Shown here one piece after another: positions 47,434 through 64,000 of a DNA stretch of 64,000 nt. Within the stretch, counting starts at the first letter, position 1, and each line of letters begins with the position of its first letter. The stretch is from the human T2T-CHM13v2.0 reference genome, Homo sapiens. The notes below the pieces were generated by a model. It was not told where the DNA came from. It was given only the letters and a program-made list of their open reading frames with translations, and made no database searches. Where the stretch lies: the NCBI RefSeq assembly GCF_009914755.1, contig NC_060935.1, one strand, 5' to 3'. The translations under genes were made by a program, and so were the position numbers.

Positions 47434-49431
47434 TGATTGGTTTTTATTTCTGCTATCTATTTCTTTGAATATTTCTCCCTTCACTTCTTGTATCTTTTTT
47501 TTTATTTCCTTACATTGGGCTTTGCCTTTCTCTTGTGCCTCCCTGATTAGATTAATAACTAAACTCCTGAATTCTTTTTCAGGTAAATCAGGGATTTCTT
47601 CTTGGTTTGGGTCCATTTTTTTTTGAGCTAGTGTGATTTCTTGGAGGTGTTAAAGAACCTTGTTTTGTCATGTTACTAGAGTTGGTTTTTTGGTTCCTTC
47701 TCATTTGGTTAGGCTGTGTCAGAGGGAAGGTCTAGGGCTGAAGGCTGTTGTTCAGATTCTTTTGTCCTACAAGTTGTTCTCTGAGGTAGAACTCTCCCCT
47801 TTTTCCTATGGATGTGGCTTCCTGAGAGCTGAGCTGTAGTGACTATTATCACTCTTCTGGGTCTAGCCACCCAGCAAGTCTACCAAGTACTGAGGCTTGT
47901 CTGCACAGAGTCCTGGGATGTGAACTGTCTGTGGATCTCTCAGCTGTGGATACCAGCACCTTTTCCAGTGGAGGTGGCAGGTGGATGTACTGGATCCTGT
48001 GACAGTTCTTAGCTTTGGTGGTTTAATGCACTATATTTTGCTGGTTGGCCTCCTGCCAGGAGGTTGAGCTTTCCAGAGAGTATCAGCTGTGGTAATATGG
48101 GGAGGAACAGGTGGTGGGCAGGGCCATAGAACTCCCAGGAATATATGCCCTTTGTCTTCAGTTAACAGGGTGGGTAGGGAAGAACCACTGGGTGGGAAGA
48201 GGGCTAGGTGTGTCTGAGCTCAGACTCTCCTTGGGCGGGTCTTGCTGCAGCTGCTGTGGGGGATGGGGGTGAGCTTCCCAGGTCAATGGAGTTATGTTCC
48301 TAGGAGGATTATGACTGTCTCTACTGTGCTATGCAGGTTGTCAGGGAAGTGGGGAAAAGCCAGCAGTCACAGATCTCATCCAGCTCCCATGTAATCCTAA
48401 GGGCTGGTCTCACACCCACCATGCCCCCACCAACAGAACTGAGTCTATTTCCAGGCAGTTGGAAAGCATGGCTGAGAACTTGCCCCACTACCTGCATCCC
48501 AGCTGCAAAAGCAAATATGGCTTCCCTTCTTCCCCCACCTACGGAGTCTGTACAACAGATTCATGCCCTCCCCCAGGTTCTGGCCAGGAGGCTTCTTGAT
48601 CAGTTCAAATTGTTACAAAGTTCAGCTAGAGATTTCCCCCATGGCCATTTCCCCATGGCCTTTTCCCAGTGCCTCTGGCCAACCTCCCAAAGGACCCCAC
48701 GAGGCCAGGCAAAAATGGCTTGCTAGGGGACCCATTGCTTCGTCTACCACTGTATTTTGCTTGGCTGTCTACACTGACTCAGCTCCAGGTAAGGTCAATA
48801 TCGTCTCCCATAATCAAGGCCTTCAGTTTCCCTAGCGGGGGGGTGTGTTCAAGGGTGGATGATCCCCCTTTCCCACTTTCACAATTTGGGCACTCACAGT
48901 ATTTGGATGTCTCCCAGGTACTGCAGGAGCAATCTTCTTTTTTCGGGGGATCTGTGGGTTCTCTCAGGTTTCCTGATTTATTCCTGCCATCACTCTGGAG
49001 CAAAAATTCATGATGCAAGGCTTCATATGCTGCTCTGTCCATCCAAGTCAGAGCTGCAATCTAGTCCTACCTCCCATCCGCCATGACCCCCAGTTCTCCT
49101 GGGATGACATTCATGATTCATTGAATAAGACAACCCTGAAACCCAGCCTACTGATATCCAGTTAGCAGAGTCAATAAATTTCCTTGACATTTAAACCAGT
49201 TTGCATTAGGTTTTTTCTTATGTGAGGCTGAAAGTATCCAACTGAAGTAGATCCCAGGGGTTAGGCATTACTATTCTCTTATATATTACAGATAGTGAAG
49301 CACTAGGTATTATTAACTTCAGAGAGGTTAAGTAAATGGCCCAAAGTTGGTGAGGTAAGACGAAGCAGACCTGACATTCAAACTCTGATTTTTTTTAACT
49401 CTAAGATCTATATTCCAAGCTCTCTACAATG

Positions 49432-49616
49432 ACAATGTGAGGATACAAGGGAAAAACAGCCCTCCACAAATCAAGAACAATTCCCTCACCAAACACTGGA
49501 TCTCCCAGCACCTGTTCTTCGACTTCGCAGCCTGCAGAATGGTGAGAAATAAATTTCTGTTGCTTAAGCCACCCTATCTATGGTATTCTGTTATAAAAGC
49601 CTGAACTGACTAAGAA
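49432..49616 (+). mobile_element. MLT1A/MST-type MaLR LTR 3' portion
   Basis: gacttcgcagcctgcagaatggtgagaaataaatttctgttgcttaagccaccc...ctgaactgactaaga. Confidence 0.8.
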
Positions 49617-49699
49617 AGTTTCCATGGTCACCTTAATCCACTGAAGTTAGTACTTCTAGAGCAAAAAACAAACAAACAAACAAAAAAACAAAAAAAAAC

Positions 49700-50300
49700 C
49701 CACCACATAAATTCATGCCTTACCCCATAAACCAGAAGAAATACTATATGTGAATAACAGATTGTAAATTACAGAAAGCAGAATAAACTATTTCCAGGTC
49801 TTTTGATAGATGTTAATTTTCTAAGGTTTAAAGCAGAACATCTCAAAGAAAATGTTGTTAAATACATAAAATTTGAAACTTCAATGCTTATAAACAACAC
49901 TAATACAAAAAAGAATGCAACAGAGATGAAAAACATTTGCTCTATAAATGACAAAAGGTTAATACTTATAATTTTCAAAAAAGTTCATTTAAATACAGCA
50001 GAATAAAACAATATTGAGGTGCTATCGGTAAAAATAACAAGGATATAAATGGAAAATTTACCATAATGAACATATATATTGTAAATAGTAAATATTTAAA
50101 TATTTATACCCAATGTTTTTGAGGTTATGGTAAAAGTGGTACACTCATACATTACTGGTAACACTTTAAATTGAAAAAAAACTTTTAGAATGTAACTTGT
50201 CAATTCATTGTAAGAATCATAAAAGTACCTGTACCCTTTGACCTAGTAATCCTACTTTCTTAAACGTACACCAAAAAATAATTCTAAACAAGAAAAAAAT
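49700..50300 (+). mobile_element. Ancient L1M(E) fragment; continues at ~55020-55250
   Basis: Highly decayed ORF2 3' motifs (taccctttgacctagtaatcctactt). Split by the L1PA4/5 insertion. Confidence 0.6.
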
Positions 50301-55019
<4,719 letters not shown>

Positions 55020-55498
55020 AAGAAAAAAATTTACATGATTGAAATGTTAATTGTGGTATCATTTATTAAAATAAAAAATTAGGAAAAAATCTAATTATCC
55101 TATAATAGCAGTCTAGGTACAAAAATCATTACATATCTATTGAACATAATATTCTGAATCCATTAAAAATCCAATTTTTAAAACTTTAACAAAATGGAGA
55201 TATTAATGATATCTTATGAGCTAAAATGTGAGAAGTAAAAATGTAACAATTCTTAGTACTCCATAGAGCTCCCAAAATATTTGCTTGGTAGCTCAGATTT
55301 GACCTCATTTCTGTGGGTTTGACTGCAAACAGGACAGGGTTTATGTTTGTAATTGAATGCTGTTTTCTGGGCAACTTTCACAGATGCAACTGAAGCTAGT
55401 TTTTAAGGGGGACTGAACTGTAAAGCACAACACTCAATCAGGAAAACATTCTGAAAATCATTGTCGTGAGTTTTTTCTAATGGAAAAGCTAGCCAGTC

Positions 55499-55640
55499 AA
55501 AAAAAAAAAAAAAAAATACAGCTGAGGCACAAGAATCACTTGAATCTGGGAGGCAGAGGTTGCAATGAGCCAAGATTACACCACTGTATTTCAGCATGAG
55601 TGACAGAGCGAGACTCTGTCTCAAAAACAAAGAAACAGAA
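55499..55640 (+). mobile_element. Alu right-arm fragment preceded by an A-tract
   Basis: A-run + taca + gctgaggcacaagaatcacttgaatctgggaggcagaggttgc...gagactctgtctcaaaaac. Confidence 0.85.
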
Positions 55641-55723
55641 AAACAGTGTAAAAAATGATTTTGGGTTTCAAATAATTGGCTTAATTTTTTAGTTTTTTTT
55701 ATTTCTATACATCAAACATGTAT

Positions 55724-55831
55724 AGAATGCTTCTGTCAAGTTTTTATGAGAAGATATTCTTGTTTCCAACGAAGGAGACAAAGCAGTCCAAATATCCACT
55801 TTCAGATCCTGCAAAACGAGTGTTTCAAAAC
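55724..55831. repeat. Alpha-satellite (alphoid) partial monomer
   Basis: agaatgcttctgtcaagtttttatgagaagatat...tccaaatatccactttcagatcctgcaaaacgagtgtttcaaaac is colinear with the alphoid consensus (gaatgcttctgtctagtttttatgtgaagatat...tccaaatatccacttgcagattctacaaaaagagtgtttcaaaac). Confidence 0.92.
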
Positions 55832-58800
55832 GGCATGTGAATCCTGCACCAGCAGCTGAGGTATCCATGTTCTGTCATTAGGACTGACTAATGACAGCTA
55901 GGGTGACCCACAGAGAGGAAGGAAGACCAGTGTGGTGCAGTGGACCACCTGAGAGCCACATGGGACAGGGGAGCCCCCACCCCCAGCCAAGGGAAGTGGT
56001 GAGTGAGCATGCTACCCAGCCTAGGCAACCATGCTTTTTCCACTGAACTGTGCAACCCATGGATCAGAAGATCCCACTCGTGAGCACAGACTACCAGGAC
56101 CTTGGCTCCCAACCACGGAGCCCTGCAGATTCTCAACAGCCACATGGCTAGAATCTGCCTAAGCCTGCCAAGTTCCCAGGGGAAGGCAGCCATTACCACT
56201 GCCACTGCTGCCTGCTGGCTAAGCCAGTTGAGCTCCTTGGGGGAGGGGTGGCAGCCAACACTGCAGCTTCAGGGCCAACAACTCCAACCAGGGGCTCAGG
56301 GACCAAACTCTGATTTCCCAGAGCCTGAGCTCCTAGCGGGAGTGGTGCCACAGTCTCCATGAACCAGCAGACATAGTCTTTCCTCCTGCTAGCTCTGAGG
56401 AATCTGGACAACCCAGATGAGTGGGGTCCCCCCAGCACAGCACACACTCTCCACCAAGGGACAGCCAAAGTGCTTCATTAAACAGGTCCTGCTTCCTATG
56501 CCATCCAACTAGGTAAGAGCCCCCAACAGGGGTTGCCAGACATCCTGTACAGGAGTGTTCCTACTGGCATCAGGTCGGTGCCCCTTTAAGTCAGGAACCC
56601 AGAGGAAGGAGCAGGCATCCATCTTTGCTGTTCTCCAGCCCCATCAAGTGACATCTCCAGGCACAGGAGCAAAATAAATGAATAGGGCCTGGAGCGAACT
56701 CCCAGCAAACCACAGCAGCCCTACCGAAGAGGAATCTGACTGTTGAGAGAAAAACAAACAAACAGAAAGCAACAACAATAGCATCAATGATAAAAGTCCC
56801 CCAAAAAATCTCATGCAAGGATCAGCAGCCTCAAAGATCGAATCTAGACAAGTTTATGAAGATGAGAAAGAATCAATGAAGAAACATTGAAAACCCAAAA
56901 GCTCAGAGTGCCTCTTCTCCTCCAAATGATTACAACACCTCTCCAGCAAGGGTGCAGAACTGGACGAAGGATGAGATAGATGAATTGACAGAAGTAGGCT
57001 TCAGAATCTGGGTAATAACAAACTTCACTGAGGTAAAGCATGTTCTAACACAATGCCATGTTCTTGGCAAAGAAGCTAAGAACCTTGATAAATGGTTACA
57101 GGAGCTACTAACTAGAATAACCAGTTTAGAGAGAAACATAAATGACCTGATGAAACTGAAAAACACAGAACAAGAACTTCAAGAAAAAATACACAAGTAT
57201 CAGTAGCCAAATTGATCAAGCAGAAAAAAGAGTATCAGAGATGGAATAACGGAGGCAGGCAAGACTAGAGAAAAAACAATGAAAATGAACAAACCAAACC
57301 TCCCAGAAATACGGAACTACATAAAATGACCGCAGCTACAACTGATTAGAGTACCTGAAAGAGAGGAGAATAGAACCAAATTGGAAAACACACCTTGGGA
57401 TATTATCCAGCAGAACTTCCCCAGCCTAGCAAGAAAAGACAACATTCAGATTCAGGAAATACAGAGAAACTGACTAAGATACTCCACGAGAAGAACAACC
57501 CCAAGACACATAATCTTCAGATTCCCCAAGCTCAAAATGAAGGAAAAAATGTTAAGGGCAGCCAGAGAGAAAGGCTACATCACCTACCAAGGAAAGCCCA
57601 TCAGACTAACAGAAGATTTCTCAGCAGAAACCCTATAAGCAAGAAGAAAGTGTGGGCCAATATTCAACATTCTTAAAGGAAAGAATTTTTAACCCAGAAT
57701 TTCATATCTGGCCAAACTAAGCTTCATCAGCAAAGGAGAAATAAAATCCTTATCATAGAGCAAATGCTGAGAGAATTCATCACCATTAGGCCTGCTTTGT
57801 AAAAGCTCCTGAAGGAAGCATCAAATATGGAAAGGAAAAATCAATACCAGCCACTGCAAAACACACAAAAATATAAAAACCAATGACACTATGAAGAAAT
57901 GGCATCAACTAGTGTACAAAATAAGCAGCTAGCGTCAGGATAATGGAATCAAATTCACATATAACAACATTAAACTTATATGTAGATGGGCTAAATGCCC
58001 CAGTTAAAAGACACAGACTGGCAAATTGGATAGAGTCAAAACCCACCAGTGTTCTGTATTCAAGAGACCCATTTCATGTTCAAAGACACACTTAGGCTCA
58101 AAATAAAGGGATGGAGGAAAATTTACCAAGCAAATGGAAAGCAGAAAAAAGCAGAGACTAGTTTTGTCCTAGTCTCTGACAAAACAGGCTTTAAACCAAC
58201 AAAGATCAAAAAAGACAAAGAAGGGCATTACATAATGGTAAAGGGATCAATTCGACAAGAAGTGTTAACTGTCTTAAATGTATATGCACCCAATACAGGA
58301 GCACCCAGATTCATAAAACAAGTTCTTACAGACCTACAAAGAGACTTAGACTCCCACACAAGAATATTGGGAGACTTTAACACCCAGCTATCAATATTAG
58401 ACAAATCAGCAAGATAGAAAATTAACAAGGATGTTCAGGACTTGAACTCAGCTCTGGATCAAGTGGACCTAATAAATAGCTACAGAAATCTCCACCCCAA
58501 AACTACAGAATATACAGTCTTCTCAGTGCCACATGGCATTTACTGTAAAATTGACCACATAATTAGAGATAAAACACTCCTCAGCAAATGCAAAATAACT
58601 GAAATCATAACAAACAGTCCCTCAGACCACAGTGCAATCAAATTAGAACTCAGGATTAAGAGTTCTAACTCACTCAAAACCAAACAATTACATGGAAATT
58701 GAATAACCTGCTCCTGAATGACTCCTGGGTAAATAATGAAATTAAGGCAGAAATCAAGAAGTTGTTTGAAACCAATGGAAAAAAAAGAAAACATACCAGA

Positions 58801-61800
58801 ATCTCTGGAACACAGCTAAAGCTGTGTTAAGAGGGAAATTTATAGCCCTAAATGCCCACATCAGAAAGCTAGAAAGATCTCAAATCGACACCCTAACATC
58901 ACAGTTAAAAGAACTAGAGAAGCAAGAGCAAACAAATTCGAAAGCTAGCAGAAGAAGAGAAATAACTAAGATGAGAAGGGAACTGAAGGAGATAGAGACA
59001 CGAAAAACCCTTCAAAAAATCAATGAATCCAGGGGCTGTTTTTTTTGAAAAAATTTAAAAAAAAAAATAGACCACTAACAGACTAATAAAGAAGAAAAGA
59101 GAGAAGAATAAAATAGACACAATAAAAAATGATAAATGGGATATCACCACTGACCCCACAGAAATACAAACTACCATCAGAGAATACTATAAACACCTCT
59201 ATGCAAATAAACTAGGAAGTCTACAAGTAATGGATAAATTCCTGGACACATATACCCTCCCAAGAGTAAACCAGGAAGAAGTCAAATCCCTGAATAGACC
59301 AATAACAAGTTCTGAAATCAAGGCAGTAATAAATAGCCTACCAACCAAAAAAAGCCCAGGATCAGATTGATTCCCAGCCAAATTCTACCAGAAATACAAA
59401 CAGGAGCTGGTACCATTCCCTCAGACTATTCCAAACAGTTGAAAATGAAGGACTTCTCCCAGCTCATTTTATGAGGCCAGCATCACCCTGACACCAAAAA
59501 TTGGCAGAGACACAGCAAAAATAGAAAGCTTCAGGCCAATATCCCTGATGAACATTGATGTGAAAATCCTCTATAAAATACTGGCAAAACGAATCCAGCA
59601 GCAAATCAAAAAGCTTATCCACCACAATCAAGTCGGCTTCATCCCTGGGATGCAAGGCTGGTTCAACATATGCAAATCAATAAATGTAATCCATCACATA
59701 AACAGAACCAATGACAAAAGCCACATGATTATAGATGCAGGAAAGGTCTTTAATAAAATTCAACATCCCTTCACATTAAAAACTTTCAGTAAACTAGGTA
59801 TTAACGGAACATATCTCAAAATAATAAGAGCTATTTATGACAAACCCACAGACAATATCATACTGAATGGGCAAAAGCTGGAAGCATTCCCTTTGAAAAC
59901 TTGGCACAAGACAAGGATGCCCTTTCTCACCACTCCTATTCAACATAGTGTTGGAAGTTCTGGCTATCAGGCAAGAGAAATAAATAAACGGTACTCAAAT
60001 GGGAAGAGAGGGAAGTCAAATTGTCGCTGTTTGCAGATGACATATTCCTATATTTAGAAAACCACATCGTCTCAGCCCAAAATCTCCTTAAGCTGATAAG
60101 CAACTTCAGCAAAGTCTCAGAATACAAAATTAATGTGCAAAAATCACAAGCATTCTTACACAACAACAAGAGACAAGCAGAAAGCCAAATCATGAATGAA
60201 CTCCCATTCACAGTTGCCACAAAGAGAATAAAATACCCATCAATACAGCTAACAAAGGGGTGAAGAACCTCTTCAAGGAAAACTACAAACCACTGCTCAA
60301 GGAAATAAGAGAGGACACAAACAAATGGAAAAACATTCCATGCTCATGGATAGGAAGAGTTAATATTGTGAAAATGGCCATACTACCCAAAGTAATTTAA
60401 ATATTCAATGCTATTCCCATCAAACTACCATTGACATTCTTCACAGAATTAGCAAAACCTACTTTAAAATTCACATGGAACCAAAAAAGAGCCCTCATGG
60501 CCAAGACAATCCTAAGCAAAAAGAACAAAGCTGGAGGCATCATGTTACCTGACTTCAAACTATACTACAAGGCTACAGTAACCAAAACAGCATGGTACTA
60601 GTACCAAAACAGACACATAGACCAATGGAACAGGATAGAGTCCTCAGAAATAACACCACACATTTACAACCAACTGATCTTCAACAAACCTAAAAAAAAC
60701 AAAAAATGAGTAAAGGATTCTCTGTTTAATAAATGGTGTGGGAAAACTGGTTAGCCATACGCAGGGCACTGAAACTGGACCCTTCCTTACATCTTATACA
60801 AAAATTAACTCAAGATGGATTAAAGACTTAAATCTGAAACCCAAAACCATAGACACCGTAGAAGAAAACCTAGGCAATACCATTCAGGACATAGGCATGG
60901 GCAAAGATTTTATTATGAAATCACCAAAAACAACTGCAACAAAAGCCAAAATTGACAAATCAGTCCTAATTACACTAAAGAGCTTCTGCACAGCAAAAGA
61001 AACTATTACAGAGCAAACAACCATCCTACAGAATGGGAGAAAATTTTTGCAATCTACCCATCTGACAAAGGTCTAGTATCCAGAATGTACAAGGAACTTA
61101 AACAAATTTACAAGAAAAAAACAAACAACTCCATTCAAAAGGGGGCAAAAGATATGAACAGATGCTTCTCAAAAGAAGAAATCAATGCAGCCAACAAACA
61201 TGAAAAAAACACAGCATCATTGATCATTAGAGAAATGCAAATCCAAACCACAGTGAGATACTATCTCATCCCAGTCAGAATGGCAATTATTTAAAAGGAA
61301 ACAACGGATAATGGTGAGGCTATGGAAAAACAGGAATGCTTTTACACTGTTGGTAGGAATATAAATTAGTCCAACCATTGTAGAAGACAGTGTGGTGATT
61401 CCTCAAGGGTCTAGAACCAGAAATACCATTCGACCTAGCAATCCCATTACTGGGTATATACCCAAAGAAATATAGATTATTCTACTATGAAATACATGCA
61501 CATATGTTTGTTGCAGCACTGTTCACAATAGCAAAGACATGGAACCAACCCAAATGCCCATCAATGATAGACTGGATAAAGAAAATGTGGTACATATATA
61601 TCATGGAATATTATGCAGCCATAAAAAGGAATGAGATCATGTCCTTTGCAGGGACATGGATGAAGCTGGAAGACATCATTCTCAGCAAACTAACACAGGA
61701 ACAGAAAGCCAAACACAGTGTGTTCTCACTCATAAGTGGGAGTTGAATACTGAAAACACATGGACACAGGAAGGGGAATAACATACACCAGGAACTGCGT

Positions 61801-61985
61801 GGGGAGGGATGCAAGGGGAGGGAGAGCATCAGGACAAATAGCCAATGCATGTGGGGCTTAAAACCTAGGTGACGGGTTGATAGGTGCAGCAAACCACCAT
61901 GCCACATGTATACCTATGTGACAAACCTGCATGTTCTGCTCATGTATCCTGGAACTTAAAGTAAAAAAAAAAACAAAAAAAAAGA
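55826..61985 (+). mobile_element. Near-full-length L1PA8/PA10-like LINE-1 lacking its extreme 5' end
   Basis: 5'UTR from ggcatgtgaatcctgcacc, disrupted ORF1/ORF2, 3'UTR gagagcatcaggacaaatagccaatgcatgtggggcttaaaacctagg and A tail. No clear TSD. Confidence 0.92.
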
Positions 61986-62565
61986 GAAGAAACAATGATA
62001 CATATTTTCTAAGAAGGGTAACATGGGATGTTTCATACATTGACTGCCAAAAAGTCATAGAAAATAGAAAATTAATTTATTTGTGCTAATGTGGCAACAT
62101 CACTCTGTAAAATCAGTTATTCATTAAGCATCTACTATGTACCCAGGGTCTTTGCTAAGTATTAGGAATAAGAGAGAGACAAGATAGTGCTCTTGTCCTC
62201 AGTGACCTAGTAGGGGACACAAATATACACTACTCAAAAAAAGAGTCTATATTTTACAAACTCTATTCAATTATTGAGTTATTAATTTCTTTACATAAGG
62301 CTTAACAGCACAAATTTTAGAGTAAGTGAAATAAATCATTTGTTTTTTAACTAGTGCCAAAATTTTTAATTTTTTTCTTTATAATGGAACTAATATAAGT
62401 TAATTTAGGAAATATAGAAGATATGTATAATTAAAAGTAAAGGAAAAAAGAAAAAATAAAGTAAAATAAAGTGAATCCTTCATCTGTAGATAACCTTCAT
62501 GAAAATTTTGGACGTACTCACCCACACTATCTTCTAAAAATACATAAACACATAGAGAACAATAC

Positions 62566-62981
62566 TGTCTTAGCCTATTTGTGTTGCTATAAAGGAATAC
62601 CTGATGCTGAGTAATTTATAAAGAATAAAGGTTTATTTGACTCTTGGTTCTGCAGGCTGTACAAGTAGCATGGCATCAGCATCTGCTTCTGATGAGGGCT
62701 TCAGAGAGCTTCTACTCATGGTGGAAGGCCAAGGGGGATGAGGCACTACATACTGAGAGAAGAAAGAGAAGGATGGGAAGGAGGTACTAGGCTCTTTTTA
62801 ACACAGAGATCTGGTGGGAACTATAGAGCAAGAACTCACTCATTACCCTAAGGATGGCATCAAACTGGTCATAAGACATCTGCCCCCATGACCCAAACAC
62901 CTCCCAACGGACTCCACCTGCAACATTGGGAATCAAATTTTAACATGAGATTTGGAGGGAAAAAATATCCAAACTATATAA
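62566..62981 (-). mobile_element. MSTB-like MaLR solo LTR
   Basis: tgtcttagcctatttgtgttgctataaaggaatacctga...catgagatttggaggg...tccaaactatat. 5-bp TSD aatac (62561-62565, 62982-62986). Confidence 0.9.
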
Positions 62982-63074
62982 AATACTTGCTGTGACACAA
63001 TTTTTTGAACTTAGTTGTTGTTTTTCTTGTCTTTATTTTCTACAGGAATATTCATGCCCTGATATATTTTAAAA

Positions 63075-63920
63075 TTAAAATTTTTGTTAAGATAATTATA
63101 GACTTACTTGCAATTGTAAATATGTATATATCCATTACTTTTAATAGCAAAAACCGCAATTACTTTTGCACCAACCTATAATATACAGAGATATCTTATA
63201 CACTTTACACAGTTTCACCCAATGGAAATATTTCATAAAACTATAGTACAATATCACAAACAGGATACTGGCATTGGTACCACACAATGATATCACTCAT
63301 ATTTCCCATTTTACTTGTCCTCATTTTTGTGTGTGTATGTACATGTATATCATGTGTATATAGGAGAATTTTGTTCTATACAATTTTATCATGTACGTAG
63401 GTTCCAGTTTCTACTATCGGAGTCAAGATACTGAACAGCTGAATCGCAAGGACACCTCTTGTCCTTTTATAACCCCACCCACCTCATCTCATCCCCACCT
63501 CTATCTCTACCCTCTGATAACCACAAATCTGTCCTCTATTTCTAAAATTTTGTCATTTCAAAATGTTATGTAAATGGAATCAATCATATATTATGTAACC
63601 TTTTTGTTTTGGCTTTTTCTACGCAGCATAATTCCCTGAAGAGTCATCCAACTTATGTATATATTAATAGTTTCTTCCTTTTTGTTGCTGAGTAGTATTC
63701 CATGGTACTAATATACCACAGATTGTTTAACTGTTCACCTACTGAATGAGCTGGTTCCAGATTTTGGCTATTAAAAATAAACTGCTGTGAACATTCACAT
63801 ATAAGATTTTGTGTGACCATATGGTAATTGCATGTTTCGTTTTATAAGAAAGTATTCAACCTTTTCCCACAGCGGCTGTGCTATTTTACTTTCCCACCAG
63901 CAATGAATGAATGACCCAGT
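63075..63920 (-). mobile_element. L1MC-type 3' region
   Basis: aaaactatagtacaatatcacaaacaggatactggcattg and ttgttgctgagtagtattccatgg motifs. Confidence 0.8.
63132..63178. mobile_element. MADE1 (Hsmar1-derived MITE), one terminal inverted repeat only
   Basis: ccattacttttaatagcaaaaaccgcaattacttttgcaccaaccta matches the right half of MADE1. Confidence 0.9.
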
Positions 63921-64000
63921 CTAGTTGCAAGTTCAGGATCTGCTACATGTTAACCAGGTGAACTTAGGCAAGCTACTTTATTACTTTTAGGCTTCGCTTC

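Larger units (their letters stand above)
37016..49102 (-). mobile_element. Full-length-origin L1PB1-like LINE-1 (segments 37016-39507 and 46057-49102) with internal deletion, nested L1PA7 and Alu
   Basis: 3' end ccccaataacctatggg, ORF remnants and L1PBa-like 5'UTR at ~47700-49100. TSD gatgacattc (37006-37015, 49103-49112). Confidence 0.92.

Noticed and set aside
55714-55724. aaacatgtata versus aaacaatgata (~61990-62000) as a TSD enclosing alphoid plus L1
   Set aside because: Requires two indels in 11 AT-rich bases. Too weak to accept, though not excluded.

Overview
AT-rich primate (human-like) genomic DNA. I can identify no cellular protein-coding gene. Roughly two thirds of the window is LINE-1, including six elements that keep most or all of their 5'UTR: L1PB-like at 12439 (+), L1PA6-like at 19919 (+), L1PB-like at 37016-49102 (-), L1PA7-like at 39508-46056 (-), L1PA4/5-like at 50301 (+) and L1PA8-like at 55826 (+). 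Several are nested inside one another with readable target-site duplications (TSDs). Alus, LTR solos (MER31-like, LTR33-like, MLT1, MSTB), L2/MIR fossils and a half MADE1 fill the gaps. Nearly all long ORFs in the track are decayed L1 ORF1/ORF2/ORF0, Alu or microsatellite artefacts. The most unusual items are: (1) an isolated ~108-bp alpha-satellite fragment with a 15/17 CENP-B-box match, fused to the 5' end of an L1; (2) a 23-nt 5S rRNA 5' fragment inserted with a TSD into an old L1; (3) a 12-nt twin-priming inversion at a nested L1PA3; (4) a double fold-back templated insertion resembling a Pol theta repair scar; (5) open ORF0-like frames in three L1 5'UTRs, two of which point towards candidate minus-strand exons. 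I see no convincing new multi-gene system. Subfamily calls come from remembered consensus features and need RepeatMasker/Dfam confirmation.
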